A stretch of 64,000 nucleotides of DNA from Candidatus Scatovivens sp. (GTDB lineage Bacteria; Bacillota; Clostridia; TANB77; CAG-508), in NCBI GenBank assembly GCA_045646345.1, contig JAZRKN010000007.1:1-64000 (forward strand), given 5' to 3'. The notes beneath the pieces were generated by a model. It saw nothing but the letters and a program-made list of their open reading frames with translations. It did no database searches and was not told where the DNA came from. Below, piece after piece: positions 30,720 through 41,175 of this stretch. Numbering within the stretch: position 1 is the first letter of the stretch; the number at the start of each line of letters is the position of its first letter. Both the position numbers and the translations under genes were made by a program.

Positions 30720-31326
30720 TTGGAATTTTATAATTTTTACATGTATATTATGCTTAATGCCTATTTGTATAGGAATGTATTTTTATGAAGAATTACCTGA
30801 AACAATGGCAATTCATTTTAATATAAATAATGTAGCTGATAATTGGGCTTCTAAGAATTTCGCTATATTTGGAATACCAATAATTATGACTATATTACAA
30901 GCGTTTTGTTGTATAGTAAGTGATATTGGTGAAATCAAAAAAGGAAATACACCTAAATTTGTTAAGATTATGAAATGGTTTATACCAATGGTAACTGTAT
31001 TGTTATATGCGCTAACAATATTGGTGGGGCTTGAAAAAACAGTTGATATTGGAAAAGCTGTTTCAATATTTTTAGGTTTAGTTTTTATAATAATGGGAAA
31101 TTATATGCCAAAGATGAGCTATGCAGATGCAGAAAAAAGTATTAAACCAATGCCAAAATCAGAAGAAGAATTTAGAAAAATGATTAGAACAATGGGATAT
31201 ACTTTTATAATCGGTGGAATAGCAATGATTATAAGTATATTTATTTCTAATATGGCTGGTTTTGTTACAATATTGGGAGTATGCTTTTTAGTATTTGTTG
31301 AAGGTTTATATTTTTCTTTTAAATAG
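30706..31326 (+). CDS. DUF1648/SdpI-family membrane immunity protein
   Basis: LPETMAIHFN...D.W, IMGNYMPK; overlaps the SdpR-like gene. Confidence 0.8.
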   Translation: MKKINWNFIIFTCILCLMPICIGMYFYEELPETMAIHFNINNVADNWASKNFAIFGIPIIMTILQAFCCIVSDIGEIKKGNTPKFVKIMKWFIPMVTVLLYALTILVGLEKTVDIGKAVSIFLGLVFIIMGNYMPKMSYADAEKSIKPMPKSEEEFRKMIRTMGYTFIIGGIAMIISIFISNMAGFVTILGVCFLVFVEGLYFSFK

Positions 31327-31479
31327 AACAGAAAAATATACAAAAACAGTTTATTAAAAATGAAATAAAAACTTAAAGACAGTAATTGCAAAATTACTGT
31401 CTTTTTGATATAGTTTATACATAAAATATTTGTATTTATAATATAAATACAAATGATTAAATATGACGAGGAGAAAAAT

Positions 31480-31827
31480 ATGAAATTATATGTTGAAAAA
31501 AGCACTTGGAGTGGATGGGATAGTGAAGAAATACCTGCAAGTGCAAATTATGAATTTGAAGTTGATTATGGTACAGAATATGTTGTAGATGAAATTGAAG
31601 CTGATGCTGGAGAAAACTCAAGAAAATTTTCTTTTACAATAGTAGAAGTAAGAGAATTTTATGTTGAAATTAAAACAAATGTTAAAATGATTGACACATC
31701 AAAAGAAGATGCCGAAATAAGTGAAGGAGAATATTATTTTGAAATTAAAAAAGATAAAACATTAATACTAACAACTCCAACACTAGATGAAGGAGATACA
31801 TATAAATTTACTTTAAAAGAGGACTAA
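31480..31827 (+). CDS. Acidic hypothetical protein
   Basis: GAGGAG RBS; WSGW and TPTLD.G motifs. Confidence 0.65.
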   Translation: MKLYVEKSTWSGWDSEEIPASANYEFEVDYGTEYVVDEIEADAGENSRKFSFTIVEVREFYVEIKTNVKMIDTSKEDAEISEGEYYFEIKKDKTLILTTPTLDEGDTYKFTLKED

Positions 31828-31828
31828 T

Positions 31829-32620
31829 ATGAGTGTTTTAGGAATTGATATAGGAACTTCAACAACTAAAATTGTAGAAGTAACAAATGGAAATATAGCA
31901 AATAAAATTATTATAAGAGATGGATTTTCAAAAGAAAAATTAGAAAAGTTTATTTTTGAAAATAATATTGAAGTGGAAAGAATGGTATTTACTGGAATAG
32001 GGGCTAGCCAAATTAATTTAAAAGATTATGTTGTACCAGTAAAAATTATAGATGAATTTTCTGCAATAGCTAAAGGTGGATTGATTTTAGCTCAAAAAGA
32101 AAAAGCATTGGTAGTTAGTGTTGGAACAGGAACAGCTTTTATAGAAGTCTCAGAAAATGGTCCAAAACATCTGGGAGGAACTGGAGTAGGAGCTGGGACA
32201 CTATTTAATATTTGTAATAAGATGCTTAACGTTTCTTCTTTTGATGAAATTGTCGAATTGGCTAAAATTGGTGATGTAGAAAAAGTAGATTTAAGAATAA
32301 AAGATATTACTACAGAAGAAATACCAACATTGCCATTAGATTTAACCCTTTCTAATTTTGGTAAATTTGCAGAAGATGCTAAAAAAGAAGATATAGTAAT
32401 TGGATTGATAAATATGATTTTTGAAGTAATAGGAATGATGGCTGTTTTTATAACTTCAAAGTCTGATATAAAAGAAGTGATTATTATCGGGAATATAACA
32501 GTAATTCCAGGAGTAAAATATGTTTTGGATAGAATTGAAAAAGTTCAAAATATAAAATTTACAGTTCCAGAAAACACGGAATATGCTGTTGTATTAGGGG
32601 CAATAGAAGAAAGTAAATAA
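31829..32620 (+). CDS. Type II pantothenate kinase (CoaW-like)
   Basis: GIDIGTSTTK, TGIGA, EF.A...G, VSVGTGT, HLGGTGVG.GT, VDL.I.DI, SNFGK. Confidence 0.85.
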   Translation: MSVLGIDIGTSTTKIVEVTNGNIANKIIIRDGFSKEKLEKFIFENNIEVERMVFTGIGASQINLKDYVVPVKIIDEFSAIAKGGLILAQKEKALVVSVGTGTAFIEVSENGPKHLGGTGVGAGTLFNICNKMLNVSSFDEIVELAKIGDVEKVDLRIKDITTEEIPTLPLDLTLSNFGKFAEDAKKEDIVIGLINMIFEVIGMMAVFITSKSDIKEVIIIGNITVIPGVKYVLDRIEKVQNIKFTVPENTEYAVVLGAIEESK

Positions 32621-32765
32621 TATAATTTAAAAGATATTCTTATATAAGAATATCTTTTTGTTTTAAAAAAAGTGTTGCTTTATTTTTTCCCAAATGATAT
32701 AGTAACAAATGTGTCGGCAATTTTTAGAAACTTAAATTGCTAATAAAATACAAAGGAGAATTAAT

Positions 32766-33380
32766 TTGGAAAACCTAAGCAATCAATATATAGCATCACA
32801 AATTGTTACAATTTTTGTTTATAGTTTCTTATCTTTAACTTATTGTGTAAAAAACAGAAAATTAATCTTAGCATTTAGCTTTTTATCAAATTTTTTAAAT
32901 TCAATAGCATTCATTTTACTAGGTGCATATACAAGCTCTGCAATGTGTGCAATTTCAATTTTTAGAGATATTGTTTTTATAATAGATCAAAAAATAAATG
33001 GAAAAAGTAATAAAATTACTAAAAAAGATTATGCAATTTTAGCTTTAATTTACGGAATTTCATTTATATCAATTATATTAACATTTAATGGATTTTGGTC
33101 ATTACTATATACAGCTGGTTCTATGCTTTATACTTATTCAATTTGGCAAAAGAATAATAAAGTATATAGATTTATGGGAATACCAGTGACGCTTATAGTA
33201 ATATTAGATAGTATCTATATAAAATCAATTTTTGGAGTAATTTTACAATGTGTTGTTTTAGCTTGTTCAATATCAGGATATATTTCTAATAGTAAAGATG
33301 AAAATAAATCTACAGCAACTGAAAAAATCAAATTGTTAGGTGCAATTAATAACGAATTGGCTCAAGAAGCTGGTGTATAA
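32766..33380 (+). CDS. YgjV-like inner membrane protein
   Basis: Multi-TM; LLGAYTS, IFRD, YSIWQ motifs; TTG start with AAGGAG RBS. Confidence 0.7.
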   Translation: MENLSNQYIASQIVTIFVYSFLSLTYCVKNRKLILAFSFLSNFLNSIAFILLGAYTSSAMCAISIFRDIVFIIDQKINGKSNKITKKDYAILALIYGISFISIILTFNGFWSLLYTAGSMLYTYSIWQKNNKVYRFMGIPVTLIVILDSIYIKSIFGVILQCVVLACSISGYISNSKDENKSTATEKIKLLGAINNELAQEAGV

Positions 33381-33565
33381 ATTTAATAAAAAAGTATAAA
33401 ATATAGCGCTGATTTTAGATTAATAAAAAGTCTAAATTCAGTGTTTTTATATAATTTATTTATAATAAAATGTTGCTTTAAATATGATTTTTAGAGTATA
33501 ATAACAATATGGGATTTTTTGGAAATTCAAAAAATATGTTGGTGAAATGATTGGAGAGAATAAAT

Positions 33566-34033
33566 ATGAAAAAAGCTCTGAAAATAATTAGTGTGATTTT
33601 AATAGCAATTATTGTTTTGTTAATTGGAAGAAAAGTTTATTACAGTAATATTGAAATCAAACCAAATGATGTATATTTGAAAAGCGAAATTTCAGGAGAA
33701 AATATAAAAATGAATATGGGATCATATTCATGGCAAGATAAAGGTATAAATGTTGTAGCTGATTCAATTTCAGCACAAAATATAGAAAATTTAAAAACAT
33801 TAGAAGTAAAACAAAATGAAAAAATTTATTTTACACATTGCAATTGGAATAAAGCAACAGCAAGATTGTTATTGGTTAATGAAGATGATGTGATAGGGGT
33901 TTCTGTTGAAGTGAATGTAAATGAAAATTATATTATAGTTCCTCATTTTGAAGGAGAATATATAATTCAGTTGGATTTAAGTTCAGATAAAGGTAATGTT
34001 TGGTATGCAAGTAAATTGAATATTGTAAAATAA
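33566..34033 (+). CDS. Membrane-anchored hypothetical protein
   Basis: N-terminal TM; GSYSW...VADS motif. Confidence 0.65.
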   Translation: MKKALKIISVILIAIIVLLIGRKVYYSNIEIKPNDVYLKSEISGENIKMNMGSYSWQDKGINVVADSISAQNIENLKTLEVKQNEKIYFTHCNWNKATARLLLVNEDDVIGVSVEVNVNENYIIVPHFEGEYIIQLDLSSDKGNVWYASKLNIVK

Positions 34034-34049
34034 TAAAGGAGTGATAAAA

Positions 34050-34616
34050 ATGGAAAGAGAAGTAGCAATAAATTTATTAAAAAAATATAATGAAGAAGAA
34101 TTTCATATAAGACATGCAATAACAGTAGAACAAGTTATGAAATATTTTGCGAAAGAAAACGGAGAAGATGAAAATTTTTGGGGAATAGTAGGATTATTAC
34201 ACGATGTGGATTATGAAAAATATCCAGAAGAACATTGTAAAAAAGCCCCTGAATTATTAGCTGAAATAGACGCTAGTGAAGAAATGGTTCATGCCATTTG
34301 TTCTCATGCATATGGAAGTTGTTCTGATGTTAAACCAGAAAGTGAAATGGAAAAAATACTATTTGCTGTAGATGAATTAACGGGGTTAATTTGGGCAGCA
34401 ACAAAAATGAGACCATCTCAAAGCGCAAAAGATATGGAAGTTTCTAGTTTGAAGAAAAAATTTAAAGACAAAAAATTTGCAGCAGGTTGTTCTAGAGATA
34501 TGATTACAAGAGGGGCTGAACAATTAGGTTGGGAATTAAATGAGTTATTTGAAAAAACAATTTTGGCTATGAGGGATGCTGAAGATGTAATTGAAGCAGA
34601 ACTTAAATGCTTATAA
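34050..34616 (+). CDS. HD-domain hydrolase
   Basis: H...VE, GLLHDVD, EEHC, AICSH, DELTG motifs. Confidence 0.88.
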   Translation: MEREVAINLLKKYNEEEFHIRHAITVEQVMKYFAKENGEDENFWGIVGLLHDVDYEKYPEEHCKKAPELLAEIDASEEMVHAICSHAYGSCSDVKPESEMEKILFAVDELTGLIWAATKMRPSQSAKDMEVSSLKKKFKDKKFAAGCSRDMITRGAEQLGWELNELFEKTILAMRDAEDVIEAELKCL

Positions 34617-34632
34617 TTTTTAGGAGGAAGAT

Positions 34633-35616
34633 ATGGAAATTATTATTCCAGCATTAGTGATTGTAATTGGATTTATATTATTAATAAAAGGTGCAGATTT
34701 TCTGGTAGATGGATCTAGTGATATCGCTAAAAGATTTCATATTCCAGAAATTGTAATTGGATTAACAATTGTTTCAATAGGAACTTCGCTTCCAGAATTA
34801 TTAGTAAGTATAAAATCAGCTACAAAAGGATATTCTGATATGGCTCTTGGAAATGTAATAGGAAGTAATATTTGTAACTTTTTATTAATTTTAGGTGTAT
34901 CAGCATCAATCAGAAGATTAAAATTAAAAAAAGAAACAAGATACATTGAAGTTCCTGCATGTATTGTTTATACAATAATGTTTTGGGGAATGTGCAATAC
35001 TCAAAATATGATTTCAAGAGCAGAAGCAATTGTATTATTAGTATTATTTAATATATTTATTGGTTATACTGTTGCAATGGGTATTAAAGGTGAAAAATAT
35101 GATGAAGAACCAACATTGGATGAAGATGATGCAACAGAACAAGCTGCTAAAGCAAAAATGCCAAGTGCAGTTTGGAAAAATATTTTTCAAATTTTAATAG
35201 GTATTATAGCATTAAAATATGGAGGAGACTTTGTAGTAAACAATTCTATAGTAATTGCAGAATATTTCCATATTAGTGAAAAGATAATTAGTTTAACTAT
35301 AATTGCAATAGGAACAAGTTTACCAGAATTAGTAACAAGTATAGTTGCAGCTATAAAAGGAAATAGTGATATTTCAGTTGGAAATATTATAGGCTCAAAT
35401 ATATTTAATATGACGTCTATAATAGGAATTACAGCTTTGATAAAGCCAATTACTTATAATATAGAATATAATTCGGATATGATGATTTTGTTTATATCAA
35501 GTGTTTTGCTTTTCTTATTTCAATATATACCACCAAAAAATATGATGAGTAAGAGAAATGGTGTAATGTATTTGGCTGGTTATGTAATATATATGATAAG
35601 TATGTTTGTGAGTTAG
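34633..35616 (+). CDS. Calcium/sodium antiporter (YrbG family)
   Basis: Two alpha repeats GTSLPEL...GN.IGSNI. Confidence 0.92.
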   Translation: MEIIIPALVIVIGFILLIKGADFLVDGSSDIAKRFHIPEIVIGLTIVSIGTSLPELLVSIKSATKGYSDMALGNVIGSNICNFLLILGVSASIRRLKLKKETRYIEVPACIVYTIMFWGMCNTQNMISRAEAIVLLVLFNIFIGYTVAMGIKGEKYDEEPTLDEDDATEQAAKAKMPSAVWKNIFQILIGIIALKYGGDFVVNNSIVIAEYFHISEKIISLTIIAIGTSLPELVTSIVAAIKGNSDISVGNIIGSNIFNMTSIIGITALIKPITYNIEYNSDMMILFISSVLLFLFQYIPPKNMMSKRNGVMYLAGYVIYMISMFVS

Positions 35617-35746
35617 TTTATAAGTTAATTTGTGTTTAAAAGAGTAGATGATAGTATCATTTACTCTTTTTTGTAATCATTTTGAAATGGTAATTATACT
35701 AATTTTATGATAAATTTATAATGTATAAAAATGTGGAGATTTTTTT

Positions 35747-36826
35747 ATGAAAAAAATTATTGATATATTAAAATTACCCAATATAGTAACGGGATATTTA
35801 TATTCATATATCCATTTAATAACAGAAATAGCTTGTTTTTACTTTTTGGTTAAAGTAACAGCTAATTGGAAGTTTGTTTGGTTAATTCCATTTATATATG
35901 ATGGAATGGCATTTGTTCCTCAGGCATTAATTGGTTATATTAGTGATAAGTTCGAAAAAATTGATTTTAGTTTAATTGGAATGTTTCTAATAATAGTTTC
36001 TTATATAATGTTCTTTGGCTTTAATGTGAATTTATATTTATCTTTAATAACGATTTGCTTAGGAAACGCATGTGTACACATTAATGCTGCAGAAGTAACA
36101 TTAAAGACTTCAAATGGTAAATTATCACATTCAGCAATATTTGTAGCAGGAGGATCTTTTGGGGTTATTTTAGGGAAATTACTAGCAACTTCAATTGTTC
36201 CTTATTGGGGAATAATACTCTTTGAATTAACGACAATTCCATTTGTTTTACTTGCTAAGACTTATCTAAAAGAAGAGGACAATTGTGAAAAATTTAATTA
36301 TATAAATAAAAAAATAAATCCAGTAAGTATAATTTTATTAGCAGTTTTGGTTGTTATTATCAGAGGTTATATTGGCTATGGATTACCAACTACTTGGAAT
36401 AAAACGGTGATTCAAACTGTGATTTTATATTTTACAATGGGAATTGGAAAAGCATTGGGTGGTATATTATCTGATGCATTTGGAATAAGAAAAATTGCTG
36501 TAATTAGTACAATTTTTGCAATACCTTTTTTATTATTAGGAGAAAATTTAATGATAGTATCGCTAATTGGAGTTATGTTTTTTAGTATGACTATGTCAAT
36601 TACTCTTGCGATTTTAGTATCTGTATTGAAGAAAACACCTGGACTTGCATTTGGTTTGACCACAATTGGATTATTTTTGGGAACGGCACCAATATTTTTT
36701 GTAAAGATAATAAACAAAACGTTTAATTTGGCCATGATAACAGGGATGTCTTTACTATGTGCTTTTATTTTACTACTAATTTTAGTTCCAGCTGATAAGG
36801 AGATAAAAAATGAAGTGGATATTTAA
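35747..36826 (+). CDS. MFS-like multi-pass membrane protein
   Basis: About 12 TM; GYISDKF and GGILSDAFG loop motifs. Confidence 0.65.
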   Translation: MKKIIDILKLPNIVTGYLYSYIHLITEIACFYFLVKVTANWKFVWLIPFIYDGMAFVPQALIGYISDKFEKIDFSLIGMFLIIVSYIMFFGFNVNLYLSLITICLGNACVHINAAEVTLKTSNGKLSHSAIFVAGGSFGVILGKLLATSIVPYWGIILFELTTIPFVLLAKTYLKEEDNCEKFNYINKKINPVSIILLAVLVVIIRGYIGYGLPTTWNKTVIQTVILYFTMGIGKALGGILSDAFGIRKIAVISTIFAIPFLLLGENLMIVSLIGVMFFSMTMSITLAILVSVLKKTPGLAFGLTTIGLFLGTAPIFFVKIINKTFNLAMITGMSLLCAFILLLILVPADKEIKNEVDI

Positions 36827-36950
36827 TATGATTTTTGTTAATCGAAATCTTATTTTGTTTTATAGTTATATAATCGCGATGATTTTTATGATAATTATTG
36901 CAATGATATTGGTAACGAAGGAGATAAAAAAACAATATGCTTCTAAATGA
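36810..36950 (+). CDS. Small single-TM protein, 46 aa (absent from the ORF track)
   Basis: AAGGAG RBS; MKWIFNMIFVNRNLILFYSYIIAMIFMIIIAMILVTKEIKKQYASK; overlaps both neighbours. Confidence 0.55.
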   Translation: MKWIFNMIFVNRNLILFYSYIIAMIFMIIIAMILVTKEIKKQYASK

Positions 36951-37296
36951 TTTACCGCTTATAATGCTAATGTGTTTAGTTTTAACAATTATTATTGAGA
37001 TAGTTGTTGCAATAATAATTAAAATAAAAGATAAAAAGGATTTTCTGAATATAATATTAGCTAACTGTATGACTAATCCAGTAGTGGTTTCTTTACCGGT
37101 ATATTTTTATGTTAGATATGGAATCACAGAAAGAAAAATTTCTTTAATTATATTAGAAATTCTTACAGTAATTGTAGAAGGAAGTGTTTATAAGAAATAC
37201 TTTAAATTCAACAAAATTAATTCTTTTACGATATCTTTGATATTAAATTTGTCATCTTACATACTGGGAGAGATGATTGAGAATATAATTTTTTAG
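36937..37296 (+). CDS. Four-TM membrane protein
   Basis: LT..IE, N..TNP, E...V..E, N..SY..G polar residues inside TM helices. Confidence 0.7.
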   Translation: MLLNDLPLIMLMCLVLTIIIEIVVAIIIKIKDKKDFLNIILANCMTNPVVVSLPVYFYVRYGITERKISLIILEILTVIVEGSVYKKYFKFNKINSFTISLILNLSSYILGEMIENIIF

Positions 37297-37305
37297 GAGG
37301 TAAAA

Positions 37306-38553
37306 ATGAAAAAGACTTTATTAATCGTAATGATGTTTATGTTAGCAATAATATCAATACAAAATGTTATTTTTGCTGATATGGATGCGCCTGGAATTGA
37401 ACCGTATGAAGCACATATTTCAAATGTAAATGGTGCAGAGTATTTTGATTATACAGGAAATGTAGTTGGAAAATTAAATTATGGAGACGTTATAACTGTG
37501 CGTTATGAATTTAAAGATTCAAATACAAATGAGTTGACTGCTGACTTTAAATTACCTGATGATACAGAGTATACAATGTATACAATTAAAATGAAAGATA
37601 TAAAACCAATAGAAGGAAAAGTAGAAAATCTTGAAATAACAGAAAAGAATAAAAATGAACTTATTATTTTAAAAGAAGGCGGAATAGAACTTTCAAAAGG
37701 TCCAGCATATGTTTACGAAAAAACAGGAGTTATAATTCCAAAAGGAACAAAAATTGATGGTTATAGAAGTAAAGATGAAAATTCAGGACTTCCTTGGTAT
37801 TATATAACATATAACGGAACAACAGGATGGATTTGTGAATTAGATGGTGCTATAGGAAAAGAAAAAGAATATAAAGATCTTGAGTTATTAACACCAAGAA
37901 CTACAAATATTTATAAAAATCCAAATTATACCCAATCAGTAACTCAAATACCAGCCAATGTTTTAATAACAGATTTATTACAAATAGATCCTTGGAGTCA
38001 AGGCTATTATGTAACATATGAAGGAAAGTCAGGGTATCTTTCAATGGGAGATTGTGCAAGTAATTTCCCATGGTTAGATGGAGATAAAACTTATGAATAT
38101 GAAGTAAACTATCCAGAAGTAAAATTATATAAAGAAGCTAGTACAAAAAGTGAAGTGTTAATAGATCACATTCCAGAAGGAGAAATATTAAAATATTCTT
38201 ATTCAGACGATGTAAGAGCTGTTGGATGGTTATATACAACATATAAAAATATTAATGGATGGGTATTTTATGTAGAAGAAGGATTTGATTATAGGGACTA
38301 TTTATATTACCAAGATAGTGAAAATAATTTTGAAGAAGAATTATTGGATAATGAGAATGTTATAGAAGAAATTGAAAATAAAGTAGAAGAAAATTTGGAT
38401 ACAAATGAAAATGTAACAGAAGTATCAAAGGAAAACGCTTCTACAATTACAAGTGCAACTCAAATGGTTATTTTATGTGCTATGTGGGGATTAACAATTT
38501 TTGTTACAAGCATAGTTACAATTGCATTAGTTAATAGAAAAAAGAAAGAATAA
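37306..38553 (+). CDS. Exported SH3-like repeat protein with C-terminal TM anchor
   Basis: Signal peptide; repeats WYYITYNGTTGWI, YYVTYEGKSGYL, WLYTTYKNINGWV; acidic linker; TM plus RKKKE. Confidence 0.75.
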   Translation: MKKTLLIVMMFMLAIISIQNVIFADMDAPGIEPYEAHISNVNGAEYFDYTGNVVGKLNYGDVITVRYEFKDSNTNELTADFKLPDDTEYTMYTIKMKDIKPIEGKVENLEITEKNKNELIILKEGGIELSKGPAYVYEKTGVIIPKGTKIDGYRSKDENSGLPWYYITYNGTTGWICELDGAIGKEKEYKDLELLTPRTTNIYKNPNYTQSVTQIPANVLITDLLQIDPWSQGYYVTYEGKSGYLSMGDCASNFPWLDGDKTYEYEVNYPEVKLYKEASTKSEVLIDHIPEGEILKYSYSDDVRAVGWLYTTYKNINGWVFYVEEGFDYRDYLYYQDSENNFEEELLDNENVIEEIENKVEENLDTNENVTEVSKENASTITSATQMVILCAMWGLTIFVTSIVTIALVNRKKKE

Positions 38554-38819
38554 ATTAATTGATAATAAAAATAGAACAAGTAAAACTTGTTCTATTTTTA
38601 TTGAGAAAAAACAAAGAAAGTGACATAATATATAAACCTTATTAATAATTCTTATAATAAATATTAATTTTACAAATATGAAGAGTTTTGATAAAATATA
38701 ATTGTTACATTAAAATTATGCTAGATTTGTTACAGAATTGAAATAGTATTTTTCTTGAAATATGTTAAAATTAAATATAAGTATAGATGATAATTAGTAT
38801 AATTTGTAGGAGGTTTTAT

Positions 38820-39722
38820 ATGAATGCAAATTTAGAATTATATAGAGTATTTTGTGAAGTAGTTAAGTATAAAAATATATCAAAAGCCGCTGAAAGTATG
38901 TATATTTCTCAATCAGCAGTAACCCAATCAATCCAAAAATTAGAAAATATTTTGGGTGGAAATTTATTTTTTAGAAATAAAAATGGTGTTGAATTGACTG
39001 AAGTAGGAAAAAACTTATATGAATATGTTAAAGACAGTATTGAGACAATGAGTAACGCAGAAAATATGTTTTCAAGCTATAATAATTTAGAAAAAGGAAA
39101 AATAAGAATTAGTGCAGGAAATGTACTGATGAATGTACTTATTATGCCTACTTTGATTGAATTTATGAAAGAATATCCTAATATTGAAGTATCTATAATA
39201 AGTTATTCTACAGAAAATTCATTACAAATGTTGTCTAATGGAGACTTAGATATTGTTGCATTAAACTTATCTCATATGAAAAAACATTATTCGAATATAG
39301 AAGTAACAGAATTAAAACCTGTTCCTACATACTGCTGGATTGCTAGTAAAAAATATTTAGAAAAAAAACCAATTAATGATATTAAAGATTTGGAAAAACA
39401 CAAAATCATATTACCAAATCTTCCAACTTCAAATGATAGAATTGACAAATTCTGTAGAGAAAATGGATTAGATTTAAAACCAACATACACTATTTACAAT
39501 TCGGATATGATAAAACAATTGATTTTGAATGATATTGGTATAGGATATACAAACATAGAAAATGTTAGAGATATAATAGACAGCGGAGAAGCAGTTGTGA
39601 TAAAAGAAGTAACATCAGATAATGAAAATGACATTGCTTCTATAGCAACATTAAAGCAAACTATGTGCAATAAAGCTACTCTTGAATTAATAAAAAGAAT
39701 TAAGAAAAAATTTGATAAATAG
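38820..39722 (+). CDS. LysR-family transcriptional regulator
   Basis: ISKAAE..YISQSAVTQSIQKLE...G..LF.R...GV.LT. Confidence 0.93.
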   Translation: MNANLELYRVFCEVVKYKNISKAAESMYISQSAVTQSIQKLENILGGNLFFRNKNGVELTEVGKNLYEYVKDSIETMSNAENMFSSYNNLEKGKIRISAGNVLMNVLIMPTLIEFMKEYPNIEVSIISYSTENSLQMLSNGDLDIVALNLSHMKKHYSNIEVTELKPVPTYCWIASKKYLEKKPINDIKDLEKHKIILPNLPTSNDRIDKFCRENGLDLKPTYTIYNSDMIKQLILNDIGIGYTNIENVRDIIDSGEAVVIKEVTSDNENDIASIATLKQTMCNKATLELIKRIKKKFDK

Positions 39723-39848
39723 CAAAAGATATTTCAAATTTTAAATAAAAAAGAATAGTATAAAAACTATTCTTTTTTTATTCAATTTATGATATATAAT
39801 TTAGTAAGGAAAAGAACGGATATAAATATATTTAAAAAGGAGAAAAGT

Positions 39849-40391
39849 ATGGGGAAGAAAGTTATAATAATATCATCAACTATGAGAAAGAACGGAAATT
39901 CAGAAATACTTTGTAGAGAGTTTGCAGCTGGTGCTGAGAGTGCTGGAAATGAAGTGGAAACTATATATCTTCGTGAACATGAAATAAATTTTTGTAAAGG
40001 ATGTTGGGCTTGTAGAAAATTAAATAAATGTATAATAAATGATGGAATAAATCCACTTTTAGAAAAAATAAAAAATGCAGATGTATTAGTGTTTGGAACA
40101 CCAATCTATTATTATAGTATGACAGGACAATTAAAAACGTTTTTAGATAGAATGTCACCAATTTATGATACAGAACATAGATTTAGAGATGTGTATTTGC
40201 TGGCAACTGCAGCAGATATGGAAATAGAAGCTGTAGATGGAGCTATAAAAGAAATTAAAGGTTGGGTTGAATGTTTTGAAGAAGTAAAATTAGTAGGAGT
40301 TGTTTGTGGGACAGGTGCTTCTGAAATAGGTGACATTGAAAAAAGACCAGAAAAATTAAAAGAGGTTTATAATTTAGGAAAAAATGTTTAA
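39849..40391 (+). CDS. Flavodoxin family / iron-sulfur flavoprotein
   Basis: S.RKNGNS, CKGCWAC...C, TPIYYYSMTGQLKTFLDR. Confidence 0.88.
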   Translation: MGKKVIIISSTMRKNGNSEILCREFAAGAESAGNEVETIYLREHEINFCKGCWACRKLNKCIINDGINPLLEKIKNADVLVFGTPIYYYSMTGQLKTFLDRMSPIYDTEHRFRDVYLLATAADMEIEAVDGAIKEIKGWVECFEEVKLVGVVCGTGASEIGDIEKRPEKLKEVYNLGKNV

Positions 40392-40461
40392 AGAAACTAT
40401 ATTGACTTTATATAGTTATATATTATAATTGAAATATAAAACCAAAGAAGGAGAAATCAAT

Positions 40462-41106
40462 ATGAAAAAAGTATTTAAAATTTTAGTTCCAATAGTGATT
40501 GTAATTGCTGTTGTAGTTGGAGTTGCGTTATTTTTGAATAACTCAAAACCAAAATCAAATTTACCAGAAATAACAAGCGGAGAAGATTTAGTTGCTTTAG
40601 TAAATAAAATTTATGAAGGAAAAACAGAAAATTTACCAATGTTAGATACACAAATTTTAGATTTCGTAAATACACCAGAAACAGCACAATACGCAACTGA
40701 TATTGAAGATTTTTCAGATATCGAATATGCAGTAGCGTCTTTGCCTATGATGAATGCTCAAGCTTATTCTTTAACTATTTTAAAAGTTAAAGATGGAGCA
40801 AATGTTGAAGAAGTTGCTAAAATGGTAAACGAAAAAGCTCAATTAAATAGATGGGTTTGTGTATGTGCAGATAAAGTATTAACAACAAGTTCTGGAAATG
40901 TAGTATTTTCAATAATGTCAAATGCAGAAACAGCTCAAACAATGTACGATTCATTTAAAGAGTTAGCAGGTGGTATTGGTCAAGAATATATAAGAGAATT
41001 TGAACAACCAGAAATGCCAGAAGATATGATGCCAGGAGACTTATTACCAGAAGATATGGAACCAGCAGCAGATGGAGATATGGAACCAGTTGTAACAGAA
41101 GAATAA
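40462..41106 (+). CDS. Membrane-anchored protein (DUF4358-like) with acidic low-complexity tail
   Basis: N-terminal TM; PMMNAQAYS and RWVCV motifs; precedes MBOAT gene. Confidence 0.6.
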   Translation: MKKVFKILVPIVIVIAVVVGVALFLNNSKPKSNLPEITSGEDLVALVNKIYEGKTENLPMLDTQILDFVNTPETAQYATDIEDFSDIEYAVASLPMMNAQAYSLTILKVKDGANVEEVAKMVNEKAQLNRWVCVCADKVLTTSSGNVVFSIMSNAETAQTMYDSFKELAGGIGQEYIREFEQPEMPEDMMPGDLLPEDMEPAADGDMEPVVTEE

Positions 41107-41175
41107 GATAATTGTAAAAAAAGATCGCCGGAGCAAATGAACGAATCGGCGATTTTTTTGAAGTTAGGAGAAAAA

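Noticed and set aside
32700-32765. Possible riboswitch before the YgjV-like gene (GGCAATTT/AAATTGCT hairpin)
   Set aside because: Single hairpin that matches no aptamer consensus I recognise
41000-41106. PEDM-like repeats at the end of the DUF4358-like gene
   Set aside because: Ordinary low-complexity acidic tail
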